Program-made: the position numbers and the translations under genes
NCBI GenBank assembly: GCA_965369655.1
Contig: CBDUQR010000047.1
Location: 1-20,341, forward strand
DNA: 20,341 nt
Direction of reading: 5' to 3'
Source of the DNA: an uncultured bacterium
Lineage (GTDB): Bacteria > Zixibacteria > MSB-5A5 > JAABVY01 > JAHJOQ01
The notes under the pieces: generated by a model
What the model saw: only the letters and a program-made list of their open reading frames with translations
Database searches by the model: none
What the model was told of the DNA's origin: nothing
Part shown: positions 1-9,003 of the stretch, in pieces
How positions within the stretch are numbered: the first letter of the stretch is position 1
How the letters are laid out: each line of letters opens with the position of its first letter

Positions 1-93
1 GTAGAATTCAACCGGGATGACAGGATCGATATGCGGCGCTTCCGGTGGTCTCCGGGATGAGTCAAATGCACCAATTACGACAGGCTTACATGC

Positions 94-1407
94 TCAATGA
101 TAGACCACGTTGCCATCCGTCCTGGCAAGTGGTGGCATCAGTATGGCTTCATTTCTCGCAGGACCGGTGGAGATCAGAGCGATCTTCACCCCCGTGAACT
201 CCTCGATGAAATCGATATACTCGCGCGCCCTTGCAGGCAGCTCCTGAATGTTGGTCATACCGGAAGTTGGCTGCATCCACCCTTTGAAACTCATGTAGAC
301 AGGCTTGACGTTGCTGAGATCATAGAAGGTCAGCCTCTCGTTGTCCTCGATCCCGCTTTCGACCTTGTACTCGGTGCATACTTTGATTTCGGGAAATTCA
401 TCGAGCACATCGAGCTTGGTCAGGGCGAGGAAATCTATACCGTTTATGTCGACGGAACGTTTCAACAATTTCAGGTCGAGCCAGCCGCATCGTCTCGGCC
501 TGCCGGTCGTAGCGCCGAACTCATTGCCGCGCTCCGCCATCATCCTGCCGGCGTCGTCGGTCAGTTCGGTCGGGAACGGACCTGAGCCGACACGGGTTGT
601 GTATGCTTTCACGATTCCGTAAGTCTCATCGATATATCCGGGGGGCACGCCGAGCCCTGTCATAATTCCGCCGATCGTCGTGTTCGACGATGTGACATAC
701 GGGAAGGTACCGAAATCGATGTCGAGGAGAGTCCCCTGCGCGCCCTCGAAGAGCATAGATTTGCCGTCGCGGTATGCATCATGCATGAGTTGGCTCGCGT
801 CGACCGCCATGCCGAACAGGCGCTCTCCATACTGTAGAAGCTGTTCGTGAAGCGCCGAGATGTCGGATAGTTCCTCAGATGAAAACTCGCTGATAACGCT
901 GGCCTTGATCCTGAAATTGACTTCCAGTTTCTCTTTGAGTCTCTCTGGGAAAAACAGATCGAACACGCGGATGCCGAACCGCGAGTATTTATCTGTGTAC
1001 GCCGGCCCGATGCCTCTGAGAGTCGTGCCGATCTTCGAGGCACCGCGTCCTCTTTCGTTGAGTTGCTCGGTCCATTTGTGATACGGCAGAACGAGATGAG
1101 CCAGCCCCGAGACGAACAGTCTGCCGTCTGTAACTATACCCTCGCTATTGAGCTGGTCGATCTCTGAGAAGAATTGCTCTATATCGAGGACAACGCCGTT
1201 GCCGATCAGGCAAGTGCATTCCGGGTGGAGTATCCCCGACGGGATCAGATGGAGCACAGATTTCTTGTCACCGATGATGACCGTGTGTCCCGCGTTCGCG
1301 CCTCCCTGACATCGTGCTACTATGTCCGAGGTCTCCGACAGAATGTCTACGACCTTGCCTTTGCCCTCATCTCCCCATTGCGTTCCAATGACTACTCGAT
1401 TCGGCAT
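94..1407 (-). CDS. purA: Adenylosuccinate synthetase
   Basis: 437 aa ORF with N-terminal GTQWGDEGKGK, QGGANAGHT, GIGPAY, EGAQG, TFPYVTSS and GATTGRPRRCGW motifs; GGAGG RBS just upstream. Confidence 0.98.
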   Translation of the reverse strand: MPNRVVIGTQWGDEGKGKVVDILSETSDIVARCQGGANAGHTVIIGDKKSVLHLIPSGILHPECTCLIGNGVVLDIEQFFSEIDQLNSEGIVTDGRLFVSGLAHLVLPYHKWTEQLNERGRGASKIGTTLRGIGPAYTDKYSRFGIRVFDLFFPERLKEKLEVNFRIKASVISEFSSEELSDISALHEQLLQYGERLFGMAVDASQLMHDAYRDGKSMLFEGAQGTLLDIDFGTFPYVTSSNTTIGGIMTGLGVPPGYIDETYGIVKAYTTRVGSGPFPTELTDDAGRMMAERGNEFGATTGRPRRCGWLDLKLLKRSVDINGIDFLALTKLDVLDEFPEIKVCTEYKVESGIEDNERLTFYDLSNVKPVYMSFKGWMQPTSGMTNIQELPARAREYIDFIEEFTGVKIALISTGPARNEAILMPPLARTDGNVVYH

Positions 1408-1422
1408 TGTTCCTCCCGAATA

Positions 1423-2007
1423 CTATTGAATCTGAGAATCTATCCAGTGCAACAACTCTTTTTTTCCAAGTCCGGTTCTGGCTGAAAACATGAGCGGTTC
1501 GGTGCCTGTTGTCAGCACAAGCTCTTTCTTTGCTGTCGAAATGCTCTTCGCGATATCATTCCTCGAAAGCTTATCGGCCTTGGTGAGCACGACCAAATAC
1601 TCGATACTGCTCTCGTTGAGCCAGTCATTCAGTTCCTGATCAAGAGGCGTAGGCGGATGACGACTGTCGACCAGATGCACCACGCCCCTGAGCATGTCGT
1701 TATCAGTCAGATACGATTCGATCAGTTGACCCCACTGTTCCCTTATCGATTTCGACACCTTCGCGTAGCCGAATCCGGGGAGATCCACGAGCATCAGATT
1801 CACGTTGGTCATGAAGAAATTGACAGCCCTGGTTTTTCCCGGCGTCTGCGAGACTTTAGCTACATTTTTCATACCGACCAACTGGTTGAGCAGCGATGAT
1901 TTTCCTACGTTTGATCGACCGGCAAACGCTATCTGTGGGTATTGTTCATCTCTGAAATCGTTTGAATTGACAACGGAATAGAGGTACTTGCAGCTATTTA
2001 TTCGCAT
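1423..2007 (-). CDS. engB: Ribosome biogenesis GTP-binding protein EngB/YihA/YsxC
   Basis: G1 GRSNVGKSS, G2 TPGKT, G3 DLPGFG, G4 TKAD; usual position downstream of lon. Start placed at ATG 2007 (MRINSC), overlapping the lon stop; the ORF track extends to 2019. Confidence 0.95.
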   Translation of the reverse strand: MRINSCKYLYSVVNSNDFRDEQYPQIAFAGRSNVGKSSLLNQLVGMKNVAKVSQTPGKTRAVNFFMTNVNLMLVDLPGFGYAKVSKSIREQWGQLIESYLTDNDMLRGVVHLVDSRHPPTPLDQELNDWLNESSIEYLVVLTKADKLSRNDIAKSISTAKKELVLTTGTEPLMFSARTGLGKKELLHWIDSQIQ

Positions 2008-4360
2008 CACGACGGCCATTCTTGCCGAATACGATCCTGAGAACTTCCGATGCAGTTCGCACCTTGTGCAAAGTCAGTCCCTTGAGAAGCTTCTCCGGAA
2101 GTTCCTTGATATCTTTCTCATTCTTCCTCGGGCAGATTATTTCATAGATACCGGCTCTCTTTGCGGCGATGAATTTCTCGTTGAGACCTCCCACGGGAAG
2201 GACGTCTCCCTTGAGAGTAATCTCGCCGCTCATTGCGATATCTGTCCTGACCGGCTTTCCAGAGAATGCAGACACGAGCGCGGTTAGAAGCGCGATGCCA
2301 CCCGATGGTCCATCCTTCGGCACGGCGCCCTCGGGAATATGCACATGCACATCGGTATCTTTATAGAAATCGCTCTTCAGGTTGAGCATTTTCGCATTGC
2401 TTCTGATGTATGAGAGGGCGGCTTTGGCCGATTCCTTCATCACATCGCCGAGTTTTCCCGTCAGGATCAGCTTGGATGATCCATCCATGAGCGAGACTTC
2501 AATCGGAAGTATCTCGCCCCCGAACGAGGTCCAGGCCAGCCCGATCGACCTGCCGACGATCGGCTTCTTGCCGACTTCGAGACCGCTGTATTTCGGCATG
2601 CCGAGCATTCTTGTCAGTTCACGTTTGTTCACGACATATTTTTTCTTCCTGCGCGACTGGATATGGTGTTGGGCGATCTTGCGGAGTATCGAGGCCAACT
2701 GCCGCTCCAGTTCGCGAACGCCTGACTCCCGCGTGTAGTCCCGGACGATCGTGGCGATGATGGCCCTGTCGATAGTTATCTCGATTGCCACCATGCCCAT
2801 CTCGAACTTCAGCTTGGGAATCAAATAGCGTCGGGCAATCTCGACCTTCTCGAATTCGAGGTATCCCGGAAGATGGATCACTTCCATCCTGTCGAGCAGA
2901 GCAGGAGGTATTCCGTCCAGAGTATTTGCCGTAGTCAGGAAAAGCACACTCGAGAGATCGTACTCGACTTCGAGAAAATGATCTACAAATGTGCTGTTCT
3001 GCTCAGGATCGAGCACTTCGAGCAGAGCTGCCGCCGGATCACCCCTGAAATCCATTCCGATCTTGTCGACCTCGTCGAGAAGAAACACCGAGTTGGAGGA
3101 ACCGGCTTTTTTGATAGACTGAATGATACGCCCCGGAATAGATCCTATGTACGTTCTGCGATGTCCTCGGATCTCGGCTTCGTCGCGGACGCCACCGAGC
3201 GACATCCGAACGAACTTGCGATCGAGCGCATTGGCTATCGATCTGCCGACCGACGTCTTTCCCACGCCCGGCGGTCCGACTAAACAAAGGATCGGACCCT
3301 TTGCCTTCGCGGTCAGTTGCAGCACCGCAAGCTGTTCAACAATCCGTTTTTTTGGTTTTTCCAGACCGTAGTGATCGCTATCGAGAATCTTCTGTACTTT
3401 CTTGAAATCCTTTCTGTCCTTCGTCATAACACCCCATGGCATTCCGAGCAGCCAGTCGAGATATGTCCGGACTACGGTCGCCTCTGCGGAAAAGGGGTGC
3501 ATTTTTCTAAGCCGCTCGATTTCCTCGGTAGCTTTTTCTGATGCCTGCTCCGAGAGTTTGATCTTCTTCAGCTTCTTCTCGTACTCGTTTGCTTCCGCCT
3601 GATTGTCATCCGCCTGACCGAGTTCCTCTTTGATCGCTCGCAGTTGGTGCTGCAGGTAGAATTCGCGCTGGCTTTTCGAAAGAGATTCCCTGACCGTTCC
3701 GTCAATCCTCTCTTCAATCTTCAATATCTCGATTTCCGCCTTAAGCAAATCTGCTAAAAGACTCACATGAGTCCTCAGGGTGCTGACTTCAAGAAGCTTC
3801 TGCTTGATGCTCACTTTCAGAAGAGCATGCGCACTGATGGTATCAGCCAGCCTCTGATGATCCTCGATATTCGACAGATACAGCAGGACTTCATCGGGTA
3901 TCCTGCGGTTGAGCTTAACATACTCCTCGAATCGGGACAGCATCAACCTCGACATCGCCTCGACTTGAGTCTCTTCCTTGCTGAACGACGGCTTGTACGG
4001 TTCGTTTTTTACCGAGGCGAAACCATCCGACTCAACATACTTCAGCAGTTTCGACCGGATCAACCCCTCGACCAGCACCTTCAGCATTCCATTCGGGAGT
4101 TTCATAACCTGAAGGATCCGCGCTACGGTCCCGACCCGATAAAGATCCTTCTCTTGCGGCTCTTCCACAGACGGACGTTTCTGAGTGGCGAGGAAAACAA
4201 TCTTTTCCTTAACCATCGCCTCCTGAAGCGCGTCGATTGAAAACTCCCTGCCGAGAAGCAGCGGGTAAACCATGTATGGAAATATGACCACGTCCCGCAG
4301 CGGCAGGAGCGGCAGGAGTTTGGGAATCTCGATGTATTCCGAGTTATGTCTAATACGCAT
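1994..4360 (-). CDS. lon: ATP-dependent Lon protease (LonA type)
   Basis: 788 aa; N-domain LPLLPLRDVVIFP, Walker A GPPGVGKTS, RGHRRTYIG, Walker B LLDEVDK, catalytic Ser in PKDGPSGG and Lys in VGGLNEK. Confidence 0.98.
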   Translation of the reverse strand: MRIRHNSEYIEIPKLLPLLPLRDVVIFPYMVYPLLLGREFSIDALQEAMVKEKIVFLATQKRPSVEEPQEKDLYRVGTVARILQVMKLPNGMLKVLVEGLIRSKLLKYVESDGFASVKNEPYKPSFSKEETQVEAMSRLMLSRFEEYVKLNRRIPDEVLLYLSNIEDHQRLADTISAHALLKVSIKQKLLEVSTLRTHVSLLADLLKAEIEILKIEERIDGTVRESLSKSQREFYLQHQLRAIKEELGQADDNQAEANEYEKKLKKIKLSEQASEKATEEIERLRKMHPFSAEATVVRTYLDWLLGMPWGVMTKDRKDFKKVQKILDSDHYGLEKPKKRIVEQLAVLQLTAKAKGPILCLVGPPGVGKTSVGRSIANALDRKFVRMSLGGVRDEAEIRGHRRTYIGSIPGRIIQSIKKAGSSNSVFLLDEVDKIGMDFRGDPAAALLEVLDPEQNSTFVDHFLEVEYDLSSVLFLTTANTLDGIPPALLDRMEVIHLPGYLEFEKVEIARRYLIPKLKFEMGMVAIEITIDRAIIATIVRDYTRESGVRELERQLASILRKIAQHHIQSRRKKKYVVNKRELTRMLGMPKYSGLEVGKKPIVGRSIGLAWTSFGGEILPIEVSLMDGSSKLILTGKLGDVMKESAKAALSYIRSNAKMLNLKSDFYKDTDVHVHIPEGAVPKDGPSGGIALLTALVSAFSGKPVRTDIAMSGEITLKGDVLPVGGLNEKFIAAKRAGIYEIICPRKNEKDIKELPEKLLKGLTLHKVRTASEVLRIVFGKNGRRDANK

Positions 4361-4367
4361 GCTTTTT

Positions 4368-5612
4368 CTATGCGCTCTTGCGGCGCTGCTTCCTGGTTTC
4401 GATGATGGGAGGCTTATTCTCGGTCACTACTTCGGTGGTAATTATGCACTTCACAACCCCCTTGCGCGACGGGATATCGTACATCATGTCCAGCATCGCC
4501 TCTTCAAGGATCGAGCGCAGAGCACGCGCGCCGGTCTTTCGTTTCTCGGCCAGTTTAACAATCTCGTCCAGAGCTTCCGGAGTGAATTCGAGTTCGATTT
4601 TCTCCATATCAAACAGCTTCATATACTGCCGAGTCAATGCGTTCTTCGGCTCGGTCAAAATCCTGAGCAGCGCATCGGCAGACAACTCGTGAAGCGCTGT
4701 TACCACCGGCAGGCGTCCGACAAGTTCCGGTATGAGACCGTATTGAAGGAGATCGTCCGGCTCGGTCATATCCAGTATTTCACCTATGCTCTTGCCTGAA
4801 AGATTAGTCGATGACGCGTTGAATCCAAGTTGCTGTTTTCCAGCCCTGCGAGCTACTATTTTTTCCAGTCCATCGAATGCGCCGCCGCAGATGAAAAGTA
4901 TATTGCCGGTATCCATCTGTATGTACGACTGCTCCGGGTGCTTTCGCCCACCCTTTGGGGGAACCGAAGCTATGGTCCCTTCGAGAATTTTCAGCAGCGC
5001 CTGTTGCACGCCCTCGCCAGAGACGTCGCGGGTAATCGACGGATTCGCATCCCTGCGGGAAATCTTGTCGATCTCATCTATGTATATGATTCCCTGTTCA
5101 GCCTGCTGTAGATTGTAGTCCGCAGCCTGCAAGAGACGGACGAGTATATTTTCGACGTCTTCTCCGACATACCCAGCTTCGGTCAACACCGTGGCATCGG
5201 CGATAGTAAACGGCACCGAGAGCATCCTGGCGAGCGTGCGCGCCATCAGCGTCTTGCCGGTACCCGTCGGTCCAACGAGCAGAATGTTACTCTTCTCGAT
5301 CTCGACATGTTCTGCATCGGACGGGTTGAGAACGCGCTTGTAATGGTTGTAGACGGCGACCGATATCGTCTTCTTGGCGTGCTCTTGTCCGATGACATAC
5401 TGATCTAAAAATTCCTTGATCTCGACCGGTTTCGGAAGCTTGAACGATTTGCCTCTGGTCAGCTTGCGCTGTTCTGCATCGAGGACGTCGGTGCATAGCT
5501 TGATGCACTCATCACAGACAAATGCATTGTAACCCGAGAAAAGCCTCTGAACACTCTTCGCAGGCTTCCCGCAGAAATTACAGCGTTTCTCTTCGTTGTT
5601 TGTTTGAGTCAT
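4368..5612 (-). CDS. clpX: ATP-dependent Clp protease ATP-binding subunit ClpX
   Basis: C4 zinc-binding domain (CNFC...CDEC), Walker [13 protein letters not shown] pore loop, [19 protein letters not shown] loop. Start placed at ATG 5612 (MTQTNN); the ORF track extends to 5666. Confidence 0.97.
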   Translation of the reverse strand: MTQTNNEEKRCNFCGKPAKSVQRLFSGYNAFVCDECIKLCTDVLDAEQRKLTRGKSFKLPKPVEIKEFLDQYVIGQEHAKKTISVAVYNHYKRVLNPSDAEHVEIEKSNILLVGPTGTGKTLMARTLARMLSVPFTIADATVLTEAGYVGEDVENILVRLLQAADYNLQQAEQGIIYIDEIDKISRRDANPSITRDVSGEGVQQALLKILEGTIASVPPKGGRKHPEQSYIQMDTGNILFICGGAFDGLEKIVARRAGKQQLGFNASSTNLSGKSIGEILDMTEPDDLLQYGLIPELVGRLPVVTALHELSADALLRILTEPKNALTRQYMKLFDMEKIELEFTPEALDEIVKLAEKRKTGARALRSILEEAMLDMMYDIPSRKGVVKCIITTEVVTENKPPIIETRKQRRKSA

Positions 5613-5690
5613 TGTTTCACTCACAAAAAACTGGGCAGACCGTCCATCGGTCAGCCCAGTAGTCATAAATATGCGTTCAGAATGCCGGAA

Positions 5691-6275
5691 TCAAGCCTTT
5701 TTTTCGAAAACTTCGTCGATCAGACCATAAGCTTTGGACTCTTCCGGAGACATCCAGAAGTTTCGATCGGTATCGGCCTCGATTTTCTCGATAGGCTGCC
5801 CGGTATGTTTTGACAGAATCTTATTTAGTGCGTCCTTAAGTTTTCTCATCTCCTTCGTCTGTATTTCGATGTCGGAGACCTGTCCCTGCGTGCCCCCAAG
5901 CGGTTGATGCATCATGATCCTGGCATGCGGGAGAGCTGAACGCTTCCCTTTGGCCCCTGCTGCCAGGAGAAGTGCGCCCATGCTGGCGGCAAGTCCCATG
6001 CATGTAGTGGCGACATCCGCCTTGATAAACTGCATCGTGTCATAGATCGCCATTCCAGAGGTCACATGGCCGCCGGGAGTGTTGATGTAGACGTTTATGT
6101 CCTTCTCAGGATCTTCCGCTTCGAGAAACAGCATTTGCGCAATAACAAGATTGGCGATAGTGTCGTCGATAGGGGTTCCTATGAAAATAATCCTGTCCTT
6201 CAGGAGACGGGAATAGATATCATACGCCCGCTCGCCTCTGCCTGACTGCTCGACAACAATTGGTACTAACGTCAT
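5691..6275 (-). CDS. clpP: ATP-dependent Clp protease proteolytic subunit ClpP
   Basis: 194 aa; [27 protein letters not shown] (catalytic Ser), MMHQP (His), DRN (Asp). Confidence 0.98.
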   Translation of the reverse strand: MTLVPIVVEQSGRGERAYDIYSRLLKDRIIFIGTPIDDTIANLVIAQMLFLEAEDPEKDINVYINTPGGHVTSGMAIYDTMQFIKADVATTCMGLAASMGALLLAAGAKGKRSALPHARIMMHQPLGGTQGQVSDIEIQTKEMRKLKDALNKILSKHTGQPIEKIEADTDRNFWMSPEESKAYGLIDEVFEKKA

Positions 6276-6299
6276 CGGAATCCTTTCCCTTCTAACTGC

Positions 6300-7568
6300 C
6301 TATTCTTCAACGATTTCAGAGCCGTCAAGGATATGGCTCATCACCTTGGCTTCCAGCACAGTCTCCCTGACTTCCCGCACCTTGCCGCTCTTTTCGAGAG
6401 CTGCCTTAGCTTCCTCCATATTCATATTGTAGCTATCGGCAAAACCCTCAATCCACTTATCCACATCTTGCGTTTCGGCCTTGATTCCCTCCTGCTTTGC
6501 GATTTCATGCATCAGCAGGTCCCAGCGTATCATCCTGATAGCCAGCGCGCGATAGTTATCTCTCACCTCGGCTTCATCGAAATCGTCTTCCTTATGCCTC
6601 TCGTGAAAATCGGCCACGATGTCGTCAAGATAGTTTTCGATAAGCGACTGAGGTAACTCGAACTGATTGTGCGTAATTGTCGACTTGATAGCCTGATCGC
6701 GAAGCCCCTCCTGTATCTCCCTCCTGCGTCGTGTTTCAAGATCCAGACGTATCTTCGCCTTGAGTTCATCGACCGACTTGACATCCTCTCCAAACTTCTC
6801 GAAGAACTCATCGTTGAATTCCGGCGCAACCTTTGTCTTTACGGCGGTCACTTTGATCGAGTAACCGAGCTTCGCGTTGGAGAGGGATTTTTCCGGATAA
6901 TCGGCAGGATACTCTACGGTGATATCCTTCTCGTCACCCGCCCGTACACCGACGAGGTTATCGACAAATGCCGGCAATGCGGCATCTCTGGAAAGCTCTA
7001 TCACGAAATCCTTGAACTCGTCTTTCTTCAGACGATTCTCCGGATCAGATATCTTTTTCATATCCACGGTGACGAAATCGCCTTCCTTCGCCGGGTCCTC
7101 GGAGACCTCGATAGATGACTGCATATAGAGGATCGCCTTGTAAGCCTCTTCCACATTGTCATCAGTAATCACTTCCGATTTTTTCGTGAACGTGAAACCG
7201 CTCGTCTTCTCCAGCTTGATTTCCGGAGCGACCTCGATGGAGGCAGTGAATTTGATCGGTTCATCGTCTCTGTAATCTACCTCGGACAATACCGGCAGAG
7301 ATATCGGGTCAATTTTTGCATCCTTTATCACTTCCTGGAATGCATCCTGAATCAACTGTTCACCCACATCCGCTCGAGCCTCTTTGCCGAATCGGGACTT
7401 GATGACCGACATCGGCACCTTGCCGGGACGAAACCCCGGAACCTTTGCCTCTTTCTTGAGCATCCGGAAGACTTCGTCGAACTTCGCGGCGACTTTCTCC
7501 TTAGGAATCTCGATATTAAATACGCGCTTGCAGTTCGCCTCTTTATTCATCGCATAGGTGTAATCCAA
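6300..7568 (-). CDS. tig: Trigger factor
   Basis: 422 aa; ribosome-binding signature VPGFRPGKVP, FKBP-like middle domain; TTG start with GGGAGG RBS; canonical position upstream of clpP-clpX. Confidence 0.95.
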   Translation of the reverse strand: MDYTYAMNKEANCKRVFNIEIPKEKVAAKFDEVFRMLKKEAKVPGFRPGKVPMSVIKSRFGKEARADVGEQLIQDAFQEVIKDAKIDPISLPVLSEVDYRDDEPIKFTASIEVAPEIKLEKTSGFTFTKKSEVITDDNVEEAYKAILYMQSSIEVSEDPAKEGDFVTVDMKKISDPENRLKKDEFKDFVIELSRDAALPAFVDNLVGVRAGDEKDITVEYPADYPEKSLSNAKLGYSIKVTAVKTKVAPEFNDEFFEKFGEDVKSVDELKAKIRLDLETRRRREIQEGLRDQAIKSTITHNQFELPQSLIENYLDDIVADFHERHKEDDFDEAEVRDNYRALAIRMIRWDLLMHEIAKQEGIKAETQDVDKWIEGFADSYNMNMEEAKAALEKSGKVREVRETVLEAKVMSHILDGSEIVEE

Positions 7569-7584
7569 AACGCCTCCCGTATTA

Positions 7585-7669
7585 TGGTGCGAAAGAGGGG
7601 ACTCGAACCCCTATGGCCAAGGCCACTGGATCCTAAATCCAGCGCGTATACCAGTTCCGCCACTTTCGC
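7585..7669 (-). tRNA. tRNA-Leu (anticodon TAG)
   Basis: Reverse complement GCGAAAGTGGCGGAACTGGTATACGCGCTGGATTTAGGATCCAGTGGCCTTGGCCATAGGGGTTCGAGTCCCCTCTTTCGCACCA: acceptor stem GCGAAAG/CTTTCGC, anticodon arm CTGGA-TTTAGGA-TCCAG, long variable arm, GGTTCGAGTCC T-arm, encoded CCA. Confidence 0.97.
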
Positions 7670-7837
7670 ACTGAAGTATTCCGCCTGCAATTCAACCAGC
7701 CATTCGGCTGATGGTTCCTCCAGTACATCAAGCCGCTTGAGTCAGCATCTCTCGCGGCGCATCCTTTACGGCTACTCATCTGTCAGTGCTGTCATCTGAA
7801 AAAAACAGTCACCGAGGCGAGTCCCCGCGAATCGGAG

Positions 7838-7867
7838 ATAATATCGCCAATTTAACCTTCAAGTCAA
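7838..7867 (-). promoter_or_regulatory. Putative sigma70-type promoter for the tRNA-Leu-tig-clpPX-lon run
   Basis: Minus strand TTGACT (7867-7862), 18 nt spacer, TATTAT (7843-7838). Confidence 0.5.
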
Positions 7868-7871
7868 GTCC

Positions 7872-8276
7872 CTACGTCGTTCGCAGTGAGACTCGGAACG
7901 TAAAAGGTCCCCCCCCCTTCTTCTTGTCTGAGGGACGAGGGGATCCTGAGGGACCGGACATCTCACGCCTCCATGTTCGCCAACGATAAAGATGATGTGA
8001 ATATAACCCTTCCCGGCGCAACAGTAACGCTATTTCACTGCTGTCACTGCAGAGAGCAGCCTCCTGTCCCTCAGGATCGGGATCAGCGACCGAGAGTATG
8101 CGCAGCTTGTAATCGATCGAAAAACTCCGTCGCCTTGCTACCGGGGCAACCTCCGCATCCACGGCACGACCTGCCAGCGAGCTATCGGTATTGAGCCTGA
8201 GGTCCGCTCCACTACGTTCGCTACGCTCTCTTCGTTCCGCTGACCTCTCACTTGGTTCGGCTACCTGCTCAAACAT
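7872..8276 (-). pseudogene. IS3-family transposase OrfA (HTH) remnant with a 27-nt in-frame insertion
   Basis: RRRSFSIDYKLRIL...EIALLLRREGLYSHHLYRWR matches the OrfA HTH pattern (RRxFxxEYKxRIL...LLRREGLYSSxLxxWR); C-terminal coiled coil and orfB absent. Confidence 0.75.
8067..8093. repeat. 27-nt micro-insertion unit, family 1, copy A (in-frame in orfA)
   Basis: TCCCTCAGGATCGGGATCAGCGACCGA; near-identical copy TCCCTCGGGGATCGGGATCAGCGACCGA at 16517-16544; encodes SVADPDPEG on the minus strand. Confidence 0.85.
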
Positions 8277-8347
8277 CTAATTATCTCTTCTCCGCCCTCC
8301 TCATTCATTACCAACTTCATGTCTCATTCATATTGGCACGGAGGGCA

Positions 8348-8527
8348 CATAGCTATGTTATCAACGCAGCCGAAGCGGCTGATCTGGGCATGAAAATAGG
8401 CCGCCCAAGTGACTATGAACACTGGGAGCTTGCGTGCGATGTCTGTGAAGCCGTACAGCACGCGCAGCAGACGAAGCTGAGTGTTGTGAAAGAGAGTGAG
8501 ATTGACGAGCTTAATCCATATAAATAG
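8348..8527 (+). pseudogene. 3' fragment of a probable Clp-fold (SDH_sah/ClpP-class) serine protease gene, cut off at the IS end
   Basis: Frame reads HSYVINAAEAADLGMKI...HWEL directly after the IS left end, resembling the C-terminal HxYxIxxxEAxxLGL motif of that family; no start codon outside the IS for this segment. Confidence 0.4.
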
Positions 8528-8537
8528 GGTTACGGAT

Positions 8538-8714
8538 ATGAACGATAATAAAACTCATCCATATAGCATAGATTCTAAACGTGCTGCAGAATCTTGCGAT
8601 CAGAAAAAGATACCCAACGCGAGAGAATATATACGGGGATTGGTGACTCTCGATTCCCGATCAGATGAGACGCGGACCGCAATGCTGTCTAAGGCATGGG
8701 CTGAGGGCAAATAA
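8538..8714 (+). CDS. Small hypothetical protein (58 aa)
   Basis: ATG 10 nt after the preceding stop, same strand as neighbours; weak RBS, no recognisable motif. Confidence 0.3.
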   Translation: MNDNKTHPYSIDSKRAAESCDQKKIPNAREYIRGLVTLDSRSDETRTAMLSKAWAEGK

Positions 8715-8744
8715 ACAGACTTGCGAAATGAATGTGTTTTCCTC

Positions 8745-8773
8745 TTGACAAGTGATAACCTATCACCTGTTTT
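8745..8773 (+). promoter_or_regulatory. Putative promoter with palindromic operator GTGATA-N3-TATCAC
   Basis: Perfect TTGACA at 8745-8750; perfect inverted repeat at 8752-8766 in the spacer; weak -10 (TGTTTT) at 17 nt spacing, 5 nt before the GTG start. Confidence 0.55.
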
Positions 8774-8778
8774 TCCTC

Positions 8779-8976
8779 GTGAGCAAGATCGAGCGACTAG
8801 ATAAAGTAGATGCTGACCGTTATTTGACGGTCGATGAAGCATCCCAAGAGCTTGGGGTCAAAACTACTGCCTTGCGCAATTACCTGTATCAGGAGAAACT
8901 AACCACATTCAAATTCAAGACTCTGACGCTTCTCAGCAAGCGAGAAGTCGAAGACTGGAAAGATCGCACGAGATAA
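8779..8976 (+). CDS. Excisionase-like helix-turn-helix DNA-binding protein (HTH_17-like), 65 aa
   Basis: YLTVDEASQELGVKTTALRNYLYQEKL...LSKREVEDW is the typical Xis/MerR-like wHTH pattern; GTG start at 8779, no RBS (possibly leaderless). Confidence 0.8.
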   Translation: MSKIERLDKVDADRYLTVDEASQELGVKTTALRNYLYQEKLTTFKFKTLTLLSKREVEDWKDRTR

Positions 8977-9003
8977 GCTTCCCTCTCGAACTACCTGACC
9001 GCT

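Larger units (their letters stand above)
7872..8349 (-). mobile_element. Truncated IS3-family insertion sequence (left end plus orfA only)
   Basis: Minus strand begins TGTGCCCTCCGTGCCAATATGAATGAGACA (8349-8320; 5'-TG end typical of IS3), followed by an OrfA-like ORF; no DDE orfB and no matching right end visible. Confidence 0.65.

Noticed and set aside
1-93. 9-nt direct repeat CCGGGATGA (12-20, 52-60) and a possible gene start downstream of purA
   Set aside because: Too short to be significant and cut by the window edge; no supported start or product
8200-8260. Low-complexity ERSAERRERSERSG-coding stretch in orfA as a separate repeat element
   Set aside because: No second copy in the window; similar N-terminal stretches are, from memory, native to this type of IS3 OrfA
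7585-9003. Intact tRNA-integrated genomic island or prophage
   Set aside because: The accessory DNA lies on the 5' side of the tRNA, there is no integrase, and I found no duplicated tRNA end (att site)
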